Assembly (NCBI GenBank): GCA_964345075.1
Contig: CAYFPS010000005.1
Span: 96,103-160,102, forward strand
Origin: an uncultured Bacteroidaceae bacterium
GTDB taxonomy: Bacteria; CAIWAD01
Length of the DNA: 64,000 nt
Reading direction: 5' to 3'
Each line of letters begins with the position of its first letter. Within the stretch, counting starts at the first letter, position 1. A program made the position numbers and the translations under genes. The notes beneath the pieces are model-generated. The model was not told where the DNA came from and ran no database searches. It saw nothing but the letters and a program-made list of their open reading frames with translations. Below, piece by piece: positions 41,151-51,730 of this stretch.

Positions 41151-42635
41151 TCAGATTTGCTGCCGCCGAGGCCCTTCGTGCTCGCGCAGCTTGGAGTAAA
41201 GTCCGGGCAGGCTGATTTGAAGGAGCCGGGCCGCCTGTCGCTTGTCTTCCCCACAGTGCTTCAGCGCCTTGTGAACAAGTTCACCCTCCAGTTGATGGAG
41301 TGCCTGTTTCAGCGGGGGAATCACCTGCCCGGCTCCTGCTTCACGCAGACAGTGCTGTGCGCCGGAGCCAAGCTCAGCTTCAAGCTGATCTGCCGACGCG
41401 TCCAGTCGTGCCAGAAGGAAATGACGCAACTCGCGCAAGTTGCCCGGCCAGCTCTTGCGCCTGAGGGCAGCAAGCATCGCCGGCTGCATGAAGGGGTGTC
41501 GCTCCGGGGCAGGCAGGCCCGCCTGAACAAGGAAGTTCAGACAGAAGAGCTCAAGATCATCCAGCCGCTCGCGCAGGGCTGGAACACGGATCACACGCGC
41601 ACTGACCCGGTGCAGAAGGTCCAGGCGCATGGCGGCTCCGTTCAGCCGCTCCTCTTCGCAGGTGGCGCAGACCACACGCAGCGAAACCCGCCGAAGCCCG
41701 CTCTCCCCCACTCGCCGGTAGCTTCCATCTTCCAGAAAGCGCAGCAACTTGGCCTGAATGGCGGCATCCAGCACGGCAAACTCATCCAGAAAGAGGATTC
41801 CGCCCGCGGCGGCTTCCACAAGACCCCGGCGCTCGGTGCTACCCGTAAATGCGCCACGAACCGCGCCGAAAAGCTCGGCCTCCGCCAGCGTTTTGGGAAG
41901 TGCCGCGCAATTGACGGGAACCAGTTCACCTTCCAGCCCGGCCTGCGCCTTCAGATAGCGCAGGGCCAGCTCCTTGCCCGTACCTGTTTCACCAACAAGA
42001 AGCAGAGGAAGCGGGCTGCCGGCGGCCCGGTCAAGCTGCTCCAGCAGGGCACGAAAAGCCGGGCCGCGACCGATCATCTCCCCATGACGAAAGGCATCCA
42101 GCAGGCAGGAGGCCGGACTCCAGCCAGACTGCTCATTTGGAAAGGCAAGATGCAATCTGCCCGGTCGGGGCGAAGCTCCACCCGCCAGAAAGTCCAGCAG
42201 CCGCTCGGCAGGATTCGCAAGGTCCGGCAGCTTCAGGCAGTTGGCAAGTGCAAGGCGAGCGCTTTCAAGTCTGCCAGCAAGCAGAAACAGCCAGGCCTGG
42301 GCCCACGCGGCTTTCGGCTTGTCCCCAAGTTCTTCAGCCAGCTCTTCCAGGGCCCGAATCGGCTCGGCAGATTGCCAGGCCAGCCAGTGTTGTAGGCAGC
42401 CCGGAAAGCCCAGGCCCAATTCCCTGACCAGTAGCTCACGGCCTTCTCTGGCTGTTGCGGCTCTGCGAATGGCAGCCGGCCTTCCCTCAAGCAGGGCTTC
42501 CAGCATTGGGCCGGTAATCGGGCCGGGCCGCATTTCCTGCCTCTTCAGCCCGCGAGCTTCCAGCCAAGGCATGAAAAGGAGGCCCAGCTCCCGGCACCAG
42601 TCAAATCCAAGAATGAGAGGCTTGTGTTTGTCCAT
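41151..42635 (-). CDS. Sigma-54-dependent transcriptional activator (AAA+ plus Fis-type HTH; non-receiver N-terminal domain)
   Basis: GETGTGKE Walker A, ESELFG/GAFTG, and a C-terminal HTH. I chose the ATG at 42635 to avoid overlap with murC. Confidence 0.8.
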   Translation of the reverse strand: MDKHKPLILGFDWCRELGLLFMPWLEARGLKRQEMRPGPITGPMLEALLEGRPAAIRRAATAREGRELLVRELGLGFPGCLQHWLAWQSAEPIRALEELAEELGDKPKAAWAQAWLFLLAGRLESARLALANCLKLPDLANPAERLLDFLAGGASPRPGRLHLAFPNEQSGWSPASCLLDAFRHGEMIGRGPAFRALLEQLDRAAGSPLPLLLVGETGTGKELALRYLKAQAGLEGELVPVNCAALPKTLAEAELFGAVRGAFTGSTERRGLVEAAAGGILFLDEFAVLDAAIQAKLLRFLEDGSYRRVGESGLRRVSLRVVCATCEEERLNGAAMRLDLLHRVSARVIRVPALRERLDDLELFCLNFLVQAGLPAPERHPFMQPAMLAALRRKSWPGNLRELRHFLLARLDASADQLEAELGSGAQHCLREAGAGQVIPPLKQALHQLEGELVHKALKHCGEDKRQAARLLQISLPGLYSKLREHEGPRRQQI

Positions 42636-42779
42636 TTCCGGCTCACGCCAAAGGATGCTGGCGTGTTTCAGCGAATTCAAGAAAATCAGCCTCAAAGTGT
42701 CCGGCCTGTTCGCAGAATGGAACACGGGCTCCTGCTGCCAGCCATGCCTTACATTTGGAGCATTATTCGTGGAGATTTC

Positions 42780-44186
42780 ATGATCCAGGGCTTGCCGGAA
42801 CGAATTCACTTCTCAGGGATTGGCGGAGCCGGTATGAGTGGCCTGGCCAGTGTTCTGCATGAGGCCGGTCATTGTATCACAGGTTCGGACAGGGACGATC
42901 ATCCGGTAGTGCAGCAGCTTCGTAGCGCAGGCATTGCCATTCGCATCGGCCAGCAGGAGCTCCCCGAATCTCCGGAACTGCTGGTGCGCACGGCAGCCAT
43001 GCCGGAGACACACCCGGAGATCGCCATTGCCCTTAAGCGGGGCATTCCAGTCATGAAGCGCGCCGAACTGCTGGGGCGAATTTGTGACACACCAGTTTCA
43101 GTGGCAATTGCAGGCACTCACGGCAAAACGAGTATCACGGCCATGCTGGCCAAGCTGCTGGAGCGCTGCGTGCCCGGCGCGGGCTGGTTTATCGGTGGAC
43201 AGCTGAAGCATCTGCCGGCGGCCAGGCTGGGTGATGGCAGCCTGCGCATCTGTGAGGCCGATGAGTTCGATCGCAGCTTCCAGCGCCTGGCTCCATCGCA
43301 CATCGTACTGGGCGCCGTGGACTGGGATCATGTGGATTGCTACCCAACGCGCGAGGACATGTTTGAAGCCTTTGACCGGCTGCTGGCTGCAAGACGTGGC
43401 CCGGCACCACTGATCATGCAGGCCGGTGCCTCCGCTCTGGGAGAAGGCGCTGCTTATCTTCCGCAGGAGCTGCGTGAAGGCAAACTGAAGGCAATCGTTG
43501 TGGGTGAAGGTCCCGATGCCGACCTGCGTGTGCGGTCGCGCGGTGGCGACGGTAACTGCTTTGATCTTGTCCCAAAGAATAGCTGGCCCGGTGACGACAA
43601 CCGCCGTCCGCTCTCGATCCGCATCGGGCTGCCCGGAGCACACAATCGCCTGAACGCTGCCACGGCCCTGGCCTGGCTGCTGCTGGGCGAGTGGGGTGGG
43701 CGTGTATCACGCGAAGATGCCGCAGCGGCCATCTGTGATTTTCAAGGATTGAATCGTCGCTTTGAGCTACTGGCATCCAGTGGACGCCGAAGACTCTATG
43801 ATGATTACGGCCATCATCCCAGCGAGATTGCGGCCTTTATCCGCGGTCTGCGTGAAGTGGCAACCGGACCCATTACGGTGATACATCAGCCGCATACCTA
43901 CAGCCGCGTCAAGGCCTTTGCTCCAGAGACCGGCCAGGCGCTCTCGCTTGCCGACAGGGTGATTCTCTGGCCCGTTTTCCCGGCCAGAGAGGAGCCGATT
44001 CCCGGTGTGACACATCGCTCGATCCTGCCCTTTGTCGAATCCGGCAAGGGCTATGCCGTGGACACGCAGGAGGAACTGATTGAACTGCTTTCCGGCAGGC
44101 TGCACGATGACGAGGTGATTGCCACGGTCGGGGCCGGTGACTTGTATCACGCACACAGCAAACTGACAGACCTTTTACACAGCTGA
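42780..44186 (+). CDS. murC: UDP-N-acetylmuramate--L-alanine ligase
   Basis: IHFSGIGGAGMSGLA, AIAGTHGKTS, ICEADEFDRSF and DDYGHHPSEI match MurC better than Mpl. Confidence 0.8.
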   Translation: MIQGLPERIHFSGIGGAGMSGLASVLHEAGHCITGSDRDDHPVVQQLRSAGIAIRIGQQELPESPELLVRTAAMPETHPEIAIALKRGIPVMKRAELLGRICDTPVSVAIAGTHGKTSITAMLAKLLERCVPGAGWFIGGQLKHLPAARLGDGSLRICEADEFDRSFQRLAPSHIVLGAVDWDHVDCYPTREDMFEAFDRLLAARRGPAPLIMQAGASALGEGAAYLPQELREGKLKAIVVGEGPDADLRVRSRGGDGNCFDLVPKNSWPGDDNRRPLSIRIGLPGAHNRLNAATALAWLLLGEWGGRVSREDAAAAICDFQGLNRRFELLASSGRRRLYDDYGHHPSEIAAFIRGLREVATGPITVIHQPHTYSRVKAFAPETGQALSLADRVILWPVFPAREEPIPGVTHRSILPFVESGKGYAVDTQEELIELLSGRLHDDEVIATVGAGDLYHAHSKLTDLLHS

Positions 44187-44192
44187 GAGCTT

Positions 44193-45011
44193 ATGCGCTT
44201 TTCCTTTTCGAAACTCTCCGCCTGCGGCAACGATTTTGTCGCCATGGACAATCGCCAGCAGATTGACCTGCTGGAAGAGCCGCAGACAATACGCCACATC
44301 TGTGATCGCAGAATGGGCATCGGCGCTGATGGCCTGCTGCTTGTTGAAGATGAGCCGAGGGCTGATTTCAGCATGCGCATCTTCAATCCCGATGGCAGCG
44401 AAGCGCGCATGTGCGGCAATGGCGCCAGAGCCTGTGCTCACTTTGCGAGCAGTCTGGGGATTGGCGGCCGGCGCTTGCGCTTTAGCACCCGGGCAGGAAT
44501 GCAGGAGGCGGAGGCAACAGCGGAAGGCAGCCGTCTATGGCTGAGCGCACCAGAAGCTCGTGGCGCTGGCATCGAGGAACTTGAACGCGACAGCGCTCTG
44601 GATGAGATGAAGGAAGAAGGACTGAGTATCGCCGGCTTCATTCGCGTGGGCGTTCCGCACCTTGTGGTCCAGACAGCACAGCTGGCAAGCGATGCATTGC
44701 TGGATAACTGGGGTGCGCGCCTGGCCCATCACCCGGCCTGGGGCGAAGAGGGCACGAACGTGATGTTCGCTCACGTTGTATCACAGGGAGAGATTCAGCT
44801 GCGGAGCTGGGAAAAGGGTGTCGAAGGTGAAACCTGGGGCTGTGGGACGGGTGCTGTGGCCAGCACACTCTTGCTCGGTGATACACACAACATGAAGAGC
44901 GAGGTCGCGGTCATCATGAAGGGCGGCACCTTGCAGGTCATGACCGAAGGCACGCTCTCCTTCAGCGGTACAATTCACGAGGCTTTTCGCGGGGAGATCG
45001 AGCTGGGCTGA
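44193..45011 (+). CDS. dapF: Diaminopimelate epimerase
   Basis: FSKLSACGNDFV ... FNPDGSEARMCGNGARAC. Confidence 0.85.
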   Translation: MRFSFSKLSACGNDFVAMDNRQQIDLLEEPQTIRHICDRRMGIGADGLLLVEDEPRADFSMRIFNPDGSEARMCGNGARACAHFASSLGIGGRRLRFSTRAGMQEAEATAEGSRLWLSAPEARGAGIEELERDSALDEMKEEGLSIAGFIRVGVPHLVVQTAQLASDALLDNWGARLAHHPAWGEEGTNVMFAHVVSQGEIQLRSWEKGVEGETWGCGTGAVASTLLLGDTHNMKSEVAVIMKGGTLQVMTEGTLSFSGTIHEAFRGEIELG

Positions 45012-45017
45012 TTGGCT

Positions 45018-46442
45018 CTAGTAGGCGCCCTCGTTGCTAACCAGCACGGTCAAGGTCTTGAGAATGATTCGCAGATCCATCCAGATGGACCAGTTGCGGA
45101 TGTAATACATATCCAGCTTGACGCGGTCTTCAAAGTCCAGATCGCTGCGACCGGACACCTGCCACAAGCCCGTAAGGCCGGGGCGCACGGACATGAAGTT
45201 TTCCTGCCACACACCGTACTTGTCGTATTCCAGCTCTGAAATGGGGCGCGGGCCAACCAGTGACATCTCGCCCTTGAGCACATTGAGAATCTGCGGCATC
45301 TCATCAATGGAGATCTTGCGCAGAACCTTGCCGATTCGTGTGATACGTGGGTCGTTCTTTAGTTTACAGAGCTCTTCCCACTCGCGCCTGGCCTCTTCGT
45401 CCTTGGCCAGCAGCTTCTCCAGCACTTCGTCACCGTTGATCACCATCGTGCGGAACTTGTTCAAGTGGATGTGCTTCATGCCGCGACCGAAGCGTCGATG
45501 GCGATAGATCACCGGACCCGGACTGTCCAGGCGGATCAGGAGGGCAACCAGCAGCAGCAGCGGGCTTAACAGAATCAGGCCGGCCAGTGAGCCCACAATG
45601 TCCAGACTGCGCTTGAGGAAGGCGTTCCAGGGACTACGCAGACCCTGATTAAAGTTGAGTACATCCTGTGATCCAACACGCCCGATTTCCACCTCTGCGA
45701 TGTCAAGGACGGCCAGATCAGGCAGCACATAAACACTGCCCGCCTTGCCGGCGATGCGATGGATCAGTTCGGTCAATTGCTGGCGACGCATGTGTGTTGC
45801 ACAGAGCAGCAGTCGATTGGTCTGCTCAATGCGTGATTCAAGCGCATCCAGTCCGCCCAGTACCGGCAAGGCCCACTCACCCGCGGCATCATCGGTTACA
45901 ATCAATGCACGAATGCCCATGCTCGCTACCAGCCGTTTGCCCTTGGGCCCCGCCAGCAAAGCCTTCAGGCCGGCGCTGTTGCCCACCAGCACGCCATCCC
46001 GTGAACGCGCCAACTGGTTGACCACCCAGATCTGCAGCAGCACGCGCCAGAGCGGCAGCACCAGCAGCAGCGCCAGTCCGGCAATCAAAAGCGAGCTCCA
46101 GTCCGGCATGGAAAGGCCAGTCAACTTCTGTGATGCAAAAGGCAATCCGGTTACCAGAGCAATTGCCAGCAGCAAGAGCGGCATGCTGATGGAGCGGATC
46201 GAGGCGAACCAGACATCCCAGGGATCCTGCAGCTGCACACGGAAGAGCTTCTCCTGCCAGGCGCTCACCAGCCAGAAAAGGGTGGTAAAAAGGAAAAGGC
46301 TGAAGCGCGGCGTCAGGCCGACATCGCCCGCCAGCACGGGCATGTAGCCTTTGCCGGCCAGCATCAGCTCGGCATTGAAGCAGAGGAGGATGAGCAGGGC
46401 ATCCACCAATGGGAAGAGCAGTCTGAGGATTCCGGCTTTCAT
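45018..46442 (-). CDS. Undecaprenyl-phosphate sugar phosphotransferase (WbaP / exopolysaccharide priming transferase family)
   Basis: Multi-transmembrane N-terminus and a C-terminal bacterial sugar transferase domain (PGLTGLWQVSGRSDL). Confidence 0.8.
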   Translation of the reverse strand: MKAGILRLLFPLVDALLILLCFNAELMLAGKGYMPVLAGDVGLTPRFSLFLFTTLFWLVSAWQEKLFRVQLQDPWDVWFASIRSISMPLLLLAIALVTGLPFASQKLTGLSMPDWSSLLIAGLALLLVLPLWRVLLQIWVVNQLARSRDGVLVGNSAGLKALLAGPKGKRLVASMGIRALIVTDDAAGEWALPVLGGLDALESRIEQTNRLLLCATHMRRQQLTELIHRIAGKAGSVYVLPDLAVLDIAEVEIGRVGSQDVLNFNQGLRSPWNAFLKRSLDIVGSLAGLILLSPLLLLVALLIRLDSPGPVIYRHRRFGRGMKHIHLNKFRTMVINGDEVLEKLLAKDEEARREWEELCKLKNDPRITRIGKVLRKISIDEMPQILNVLKGEMSLVGPRPISELEYDKYGVWQENFMSVRPGLTGLWQVSGRSDLDFEDRVKLDMYYIRNWSIWMDLRIILKTLTVLVSNEGAY

Positions 46443-47851
46443 CAGTCGAGATTCAGATCGTGTTTCTTGATACGATAACGCATGGTCTCACGGCTAAGGC
46501 CCAGGAGCCTGGCTGCCCGTGATACATTGTAGCGCGCTTTCTTCATGGCGCGGGCAATCAGGATTTTTTCGAATTCATCCAGCGAAAATCCTTCGTCCGG
46601 AATTTCGAAATCGTAGCCGATGCGCTGACGCTTCGCTTCGCGCTGCTCGCTTCCATTGTCCTGTTCGCGGCGACTGCGGCGACGCCAGAGGTACAGGTGC
46701 TCGGCCTCTACCAGGTCTTCGGCTTCAATCAGCACCGCGCGCTCAACGGAGTTGCGCAGCTCGCGCACATTGCCCGGCCAGTTATAGGCCTTGAGTGCCT
46801 CAAGCGCCTGCTCGGAAAAACCGCGAATCGAGCGGCTGTGCTCGCGGCAGAAGCGCTTAAGGAAAAACTCCGCAAGCGTCAGAATGTCACCCTCGCGATC
46901 CCGCAGCGGCGGCAGATCCAGCGTGATCACATTCAAGCGGAAATAGAGGTCTTCGCGAAAGGCGTGTTCGTTGATCATGTCGTCCAGATTCTTGTGCGTG
47001 GCGGCAACCAGCCGGACATCCACCGGAATCTTGCGGTCACCGCCGACGCGGCGAATCGCCCGCTCTTCCAGAACACGCAGAATCTTGGCCTGCAGGTTGT
47101 AATCCATGTCGCCGATTTCGTCAAGGAAGAAGGTGCCGCCATTAGCCCGCTCCAGCAGGCCGATCTTGCCCTCCTTGGCATCGGTGAAGGCGCCCTTTTC
47201 GTGCCCGAAGAGCTCGGACTCAAGCAGCTGCGAAGGGATCGCCGAACAGTTGACTTCAATAAAGGGCTCTTCGCGTCTGGACGAATTGAAGTGAATGGCC
47301 CGTGCAAAAAGCTCCTTGCCTGTTCCTGTCTCACCGCGAATGAGCACCGTGTTCGCGCTGGAACTGGCCACCTTGGCCGTGCGATCCTTGGCCCTGCTCA
47401 TGGCCGGTGAATCACCGATGATCGAGCTGAAATCGTATTCCTCTCCGCGGGGCTTGGTCATCTCCAGCCGCAGGCGCTCACGCATTCCACGCTGCACCTT
47501 TTCCATGGCCAGACGGACCTGCTCCAGCGGAACCGGCTTGAGCAGAAGGTCCATCGCGCCCAGACGGGTTGCTTCCAGCACAATACTGCTGCTGTATTCG
47601 CCCGTGATCATCAGGCAGTCCAGCTCCGGATACTCCTCACGCAAGCGCTTGAGCACTTCAAGCCCTGAGATGTCCGGCAGCTGAATATCCAGCAGCACCA
47701 CATCCGGAACCGTACGGGCCGCCGCGGCAATGGCCTCACGCCCTTCAGTCAGGACATGGACCTCGTGACCCTCGGCCTCCAGAAACTCGCTTAAAACCCG
47801 GCCAACACCGGGATCATCATCCACGACGAAAACACAGAAACTCATGATCAA
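46442..47851 (-). CDS. Sigma-54-dependent response regulator (NtrC family)
   Basis: Receiver domain (VVDDDPG...LLDIQLPDISG), an AAA+ sigma-54 interaction domain, and an HTH. Confidence 0.85.
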   Translation of the reverse strand: MIMSFCVFVVDDDPGVGRVLSEFLEAEGHEVHVLTEGREAIAAAARTVPDVVLLDIQLPDISGLEVLKRLREEYPELDCLMITGEYSSSIVLEATRLGAMDLLLKPVPLEQVRLAMEKVQRGMRERLRLEMTKPRGEEYDFSSIIGDSPAMSRAKDRTAKVASSSANTVLIRGETGTGKELFARAIHFNSSRREEPFIEVNCSAIPSQLLESELFGHEKGAFTDAKEGKIGLLERANGGTFFLDEIGDMDYNLQAKILRVLEERAIRRVGGDRKIPVDVRLVAATHKNLDDMINEHAFREDLYFRLNVITLDLPPLRDREGDILTLAEFFLKRFCREHSRSIRGFSEQALEALKAYNWPGNVRELRNSVERAVLIEAEDLVEAEHLYLWRRRSRREQDNGSEQREAKRQRIGYDFEIPDEGFSLDEFEKILIARAMKKARYNVSRAARLLGLSRETMRYRIKKHDLNLD

Positions 47852-48954
47852 TTTCCTCGAAGCTGCTCAAGCACCTGAAGATAGTTGCGATAGCGCAGCA
47901 TTGAAACGACCCCGTCCTCCACAGCCTGCTTGACCGCGCAATCGGGTTCGTGTGTGTGACTGCAATTGTGAAAGTGACATTCGCCCGCATGGGCCCGGAA
48001 CTCAGGGTAGAGCGCGGCTACTTCGGCCTCGTCCATGCCCCACAGGCGGAATTCCTTGATACCCGGAGTATCGGCAACCCAGCCGCCAAAGCGAAATGCG
48101 ATCAGGCGGGAATGGGTGGTTGTGTGACGACCTTTGCGCGCGCCCTGCATGATCTCGCCCACCGGCAGGGCAAGTTCCGGATCCAGCGCATTGAGCAGCG
48201 AGCTCTTCCCCACACCGGATTGTCCGCTCAGCACGGAAACACGGTCGGTCAATGTATCACGCAGCACATCCAGTCCCGCGCCGCTCTCTGCACTGCACTC
48301 CAGCACCGGATAGCCTGCTTCACGATAGACTTCCGCGATTTCCTGCCATTCGCCTTCGGGGTCCAGATCTACCTTGTTGAGGACAATGATCGAGGAAATA
48401 TGATAGGCCTCGGCCGCCAGCAGATAGCGATCCAGCACGCCCGGCTTGAGATAGGGATCACAGACCGAAGCAACCACCAGCAGCTGATCAACATTGGAGA
48501 CAATCACCTGCTCGATTTCTTCGTGAATTTTTGAAGCGCGGCTGATGCGATTATCTCGCGGCAATACTTCGACAATCAGTTCCTGAGCAGGATCGACCAG
48601 CACGCGATCACCCACAGCAACCAGCGTCGCGTCCGGGTGGGGCGAGCGCGTTGTGGAGCGTGATCGGGCCTGCAGCAGCGACCCGTTCTCCAGCTGAACT
48701 TCAAAGAGGCTTCTGCGAAAATGAATCACGCGGCCCGGCACAAGATCCTCGCTCTGGCTGCGCTGACCGTCCTTCACCTTGCGTGAGCGGGCAATCGCCG
48801 TATCCGAAAACTCTTCGGCTTCCTCCAGACCAAGCTGTGATACAGTCTGCTCCATCAATGTGGCACGGCGACGCTCACGGCGCTCCTCGTGTCGCTCGAT
48901 GTCTTCGCGTTGACGCTTGTCACGCTTCTTGCGTGTCCAGGTGCGCTGTGCCAT
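47848..48954 (-). CDS. rsgA: Ribosome small-subunit-dependent GTPase A
   Basis: GQSGVGKSSLLNAL and a C-terminal zinc finger CHFHNCSHTHEPDCAV. The start is an ATG at 48952-54 that overlaps the GNAT stop (TGATG). Confidence 0.85.
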   Translation of the reverse strand: MAQRTWTRKKRDKRQREDIERHEERRERRRATLMEQTVSQLGLEEAEEFSDTAIARSRKVKDGQRSQSEDLVPGRVIHFRRSLFEVQLENGSLLQARSRSTTRSPHPDATLVAVGDRVLVDPAQELIVEVLPRDNRISRASKIHEEIEQVIVSNVDQLLVVASVCDPYLKPGVLDRYLLAAEAYHISSIIVLNKVDLDPEGEWQEIAEVYREAGYPVLECSAESGAGLDVLRDTLTDRVSVLSGQSGVGKSSLLNALDPELALPVGEIMQGARKGRHTTTHSRLIAFRFGGWVADTPGIKEFRLWGMDEAEVAALYPEFRAHAGECHFHNCSHTHEPDCAVKQAVEDGVVSMLRYRNYLQVLEQLRGN

Positions 48955-49535
48955 CAGCTCCGAATCCCTTCCGGGTGGTGTTTGCCATCGGAAAGCAGCA
49001 GTCCATACAGGGCGGAATCCGACCACTCTTCACCCACTCGCCAGCGATGACGCAGGGTGCCCTCCAGAGTAAAGCCGAGCTTCTCAAGTAGCCTGCAGCA
49101 GGCTGTATTACGCGGGTCCGTTCCAGCCTCGATGCGCTGGCGACCAAGTCTGCCAAAGGCATAAGCAATTACGGCGCGGGCAGCTTCCGTCATCAAGCCC
49201 TGCTGCCAGTAGTCGGCGGCGAGCAGAAAGCCGATCTCGGCCCTGAGCGATTGCTCATCCAGCTTGAAGAGGCTGATGGCCCCGATCACGGATGGCTTTT
49301 CAACTCCTTTTTGCAACATCATCCATTCAACGCCCGTGCCCTGCTGGCGCTGCTCGCGCAACATGGCAATTCTGGCTACAGCCTCATTGGGCTCGCTCAT
49401 CGGCAGCCGGCTCAGATAGCGTGCCTGCGCAGGATCGGAATGCAGCTGAAAAAGATCCGGGGCATCTTCATCTTGCACCTGCCTTAAAAGCAGCCGCTCA
49501 GTTTGCAGTTCCTGCTGAAGCAATTCCTGTATCAC
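48954..49535 (-). CDS. GNAT-family N-acetyltransferase (RimJ/RimL-like)
   Basis: GNAT fold motifs. Confidence 0.7.
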   Translation of the reverse strand: MIQELLQQELQTERLLLRQVQDEDAPDLFQLHSDPAQARYLSRLPMSEPNEAVARIAMLREQRQQGTGVEWMMLQKGVEKPSVIGAISLFKLDEQSLRAEIGFLLAADYWQQGLMTEAARAVIAYAFGRLGRQRIEAGTDPRNTACCRLLEKLGFTLEGTLRHRWRVGEEWSDSALYGLLLSDGKHHPEGIRS

Positions 49536-49538
49536 GCC

Positions 49539-50882
49539 TTAAGCCTCCGGGTTTCCCAGTGCCGCCTTCATCGCACGGCTGAAGCGCTCAGCCTCTTTTC
49601 GGCCCTTGTCTACGTTGACTCTTGCCAGCAGTAGCATTCCGCAGACAAAGAAGAAGAGCAGGCTGACAATGCCCAGTCGCATGTCACCCGTGATCCACGT
49701 GACCAGACCGAAGCTGAGCATGCCCAGAATATTGGCCGACTTGCCGGAGAGACTAAAAAAACCGAAGAATTCATTCTCCATACCAGCCGGAAGTATGCGG
49801 CTTTGCAGGGCGCGTGATACACCCTGGCTCCCGCCCATGGCGACACCGGCCAGCATGCCGATCACCCAGAATTCGCCCTTCTGATTGCCGAAGAGCCCCA
49901 GCTGCCATGCCCAGAGCAGGGCAATGACCCAGACCGATAGCGTCACCATCAGCGATCGCTTGCAGGTCCAGCGATCAGCCAGCCAGCCGAAAATCATCGC
50001 GCCGACGAGCGCCATTCCCTGAATCAGCAGGAAGTAGAGCACCAGCTCGCCCTGATCCATCTTGAGTTCAAGCGCACCGAAAATCGAGGCCAGGCGTATC
50101 ACGGTTTCAATGCCCGTTCCATAGATCAGGTAGGCCAGCAGGAAGCGCTCCAACACGCCCAGCTCGCGAAAGTGGGCCAGGCTGCGGCGCACGCGGCGAA
50201 AGCCGATTTTCACATAGCCGCCCAGTCGGCCAACAGGCAGCGAGGCCGGACGATCCTTCAACCAGAACATGGTGGGCAGGGCGAAAATCAGCCACCAGAT
50301 ACCGGTGAGCACGAAACTGTGTGTCCACTCAAAGGAGGGCAGCTGCTCCTTGAAGACCAGCACCAGCACCAGCAGCAGGCCTCCACCCAGATAGCCAGCC
50401 GCGTAGCCCATGCCCGAGACACGGCCTTCAGCCCCGGGCGGACTGACTTCCGGCAGAAAGGCGTCGTAGAAAATCGACCCCGCCGAAAAACCCGTGTTAC
50501 TGATGATAAACAGAAGCGAGGCCAGAAGGAGATCACCTTCGCCTACCAGCACCAGCAAGGTTGTGGCCAGCGAGCCCACCAGCCAGGCCACTCGCAGGTA
50601 GCGCTTCTTGCGACCAGAATAGTCGGCCAGCGCGCCCAGTACAGGCGAGGCGATGGCGACGAGCGCCATGGCAAAGGCGTTTACGAAACTGAAAAGGGTG
50701 GCGCCGGGAATACTGAAACTCTGGCCGGCCAGCTGAAAGCGTGTGCCCGCTTCCCCGCCGGCAACCGTGCTCGCGAAGTAGGCATTGAAGATGACAGCCA
50801 GAATGATCACGGCATAGGCACTGTTGGCGAAGTCATACATCACCCAGCCGATCATGGCTCGTTTGCCCTTGTTCACGAGCAA
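49539..50882 (-). CDS. MFS transporter (UMF1/Atg22-like family)
   Basis: YDFANSAY N-terminal motif and about 12 transmembrane helices. Confidence 0.7.
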   Translation of the reverse strand: MLVNKGKRAMIGWVMYDFANSAYAVIILAVIFNAYFASTVAGGEAGTRFQLAGQSFSIPGATLFSFVNAFAMALVAIASPVLGALADYSGRKKRYLRVAWLVGSLATTLLVLVGEGDLLLASLLFIISNTGFSAGSIFYDAFLPEVSPPGAEGRVSGMGYAAGYLGGGLLLVLVLVFKEQLPSFEWTHSFVLTGIWWLIFALPTMFWLKDRPASLPVGRLGGYVKIGFRRVRRSLAHFRELGVLERFLLAYLIYGTGIETVIRLASIFGALELKMDQGELVLYFLLIQGMALVGAMIFGWLADRWTCKRSLMVTLSVWVIALLWAWQLGLFGNQKGEFWVIGMLAGVAMGGSQGVSRALQSRILPAGMENEFFGFFSLSGKSANILGMLSFGLVTWITGDMRLGIVSLLFFFVCGMLLLARVNVDKGRKEAERFSRAMKAALGNPEA

Positions 50883-50959
50883 TCCGTTCCCCGGTTGATT
50901 TCAACCAAGTTCTGGAATCGAAGCTGTTCGTGCAATGGCTTTGGCAAAAGGATCCGGCC

Positions 50960-51730
50960 CTAGCGGCGCTTGCGCTCGTTCATCAGGCGACTGAGCACGG
51001 CCGTCAGATGATCGGCGTCGCGCATGGGCGTCAGGCGGCCATCTTCGGCCAGACTGATCTGCCCCGTTTCCTCGGACACGACCACGACCAGCGCGTCCGA
51101 TTCTTCAGAAATGCCCAGAGCCGCGCGGTGGCGGGTGCCAAGGTTGCCGTCGATATCAGGGTTGTTGCTAAGTGGCAGGATGCACTTGGCGGCTTGAATG
51201 ATGGTACCGGAAATCACGACCGCGCCGTCATGCAGGGGCGTTCGCGGAAAGAAAATGGAAACCAGGAGTTCCTGTGATACTTCTGATTGCAGGCGCACGC
51301 CCGTTTCCAGAACACCACGCAGGCCCACCTCGCGGGTAAGGACAAAAAGTCCACCGTACTGGCGGCGGGAAAGTGCCTCGGCGGCACTGGCAATCTCCTC
51401 GACCAGCTCGACCGAGCGTAGCGGAAAGAGCCGGGCGACAATCGGATTGTTGCCCATGTGAATCAGGAAGCGGCGCAGTTCGGGCTGAAAGAGAATCACA
51501 ATGGCGATGGCCCAGACCGTGGCGAATTCCTTGAAAATGAGCGAGATCAGATTCAGTTCCATCAACTGCACGGTCACATAGACGAAGAGAATCAGCAGCA
51601 GGCCGAGGAACATGGGCACGGCGCGCGTGCCCTTCATCAGGCGATAGACCTGATAGAAAAGCAGCCCGACAATCAGGATGTCCAGCAGATCGCGCCAGCC
51701 CGGCGCCAGAATGCGAATGACTTCGTTCAC
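50960..51730 (-). CDS. cdaA: Diadenylate cyclase CdaA (c-di-AMP synthase)
   Basis: Three N-terminal transmembrane helices and a DAC domain (LHDGAVVISG...LGTRHRAALGISEESDALVVVVSEETG). Confidence 0.8.
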   Translation of the reverse strand: MNEVIRILAPGWRDLLDILIVGLLFYQVYRLMKGTRAVPMFLGLLLILFVYVTVQLMELNLISLIFKEFATVWAIAIVILFQPELRRFLIHMGNNPIVARLFPLRSVELVEEIASAAEALSRRQYGGLFVLTREVGLRGVLETGVRLQSEVSQELLVSIFFPRTPLHDGAVVISGTIIQAAKCILPLSNNPDIDGNLGTRHRAALGISEESDALVVVVSEETGQISLAEDGRLTPMRDADHLTAVLSRLMNERKRR

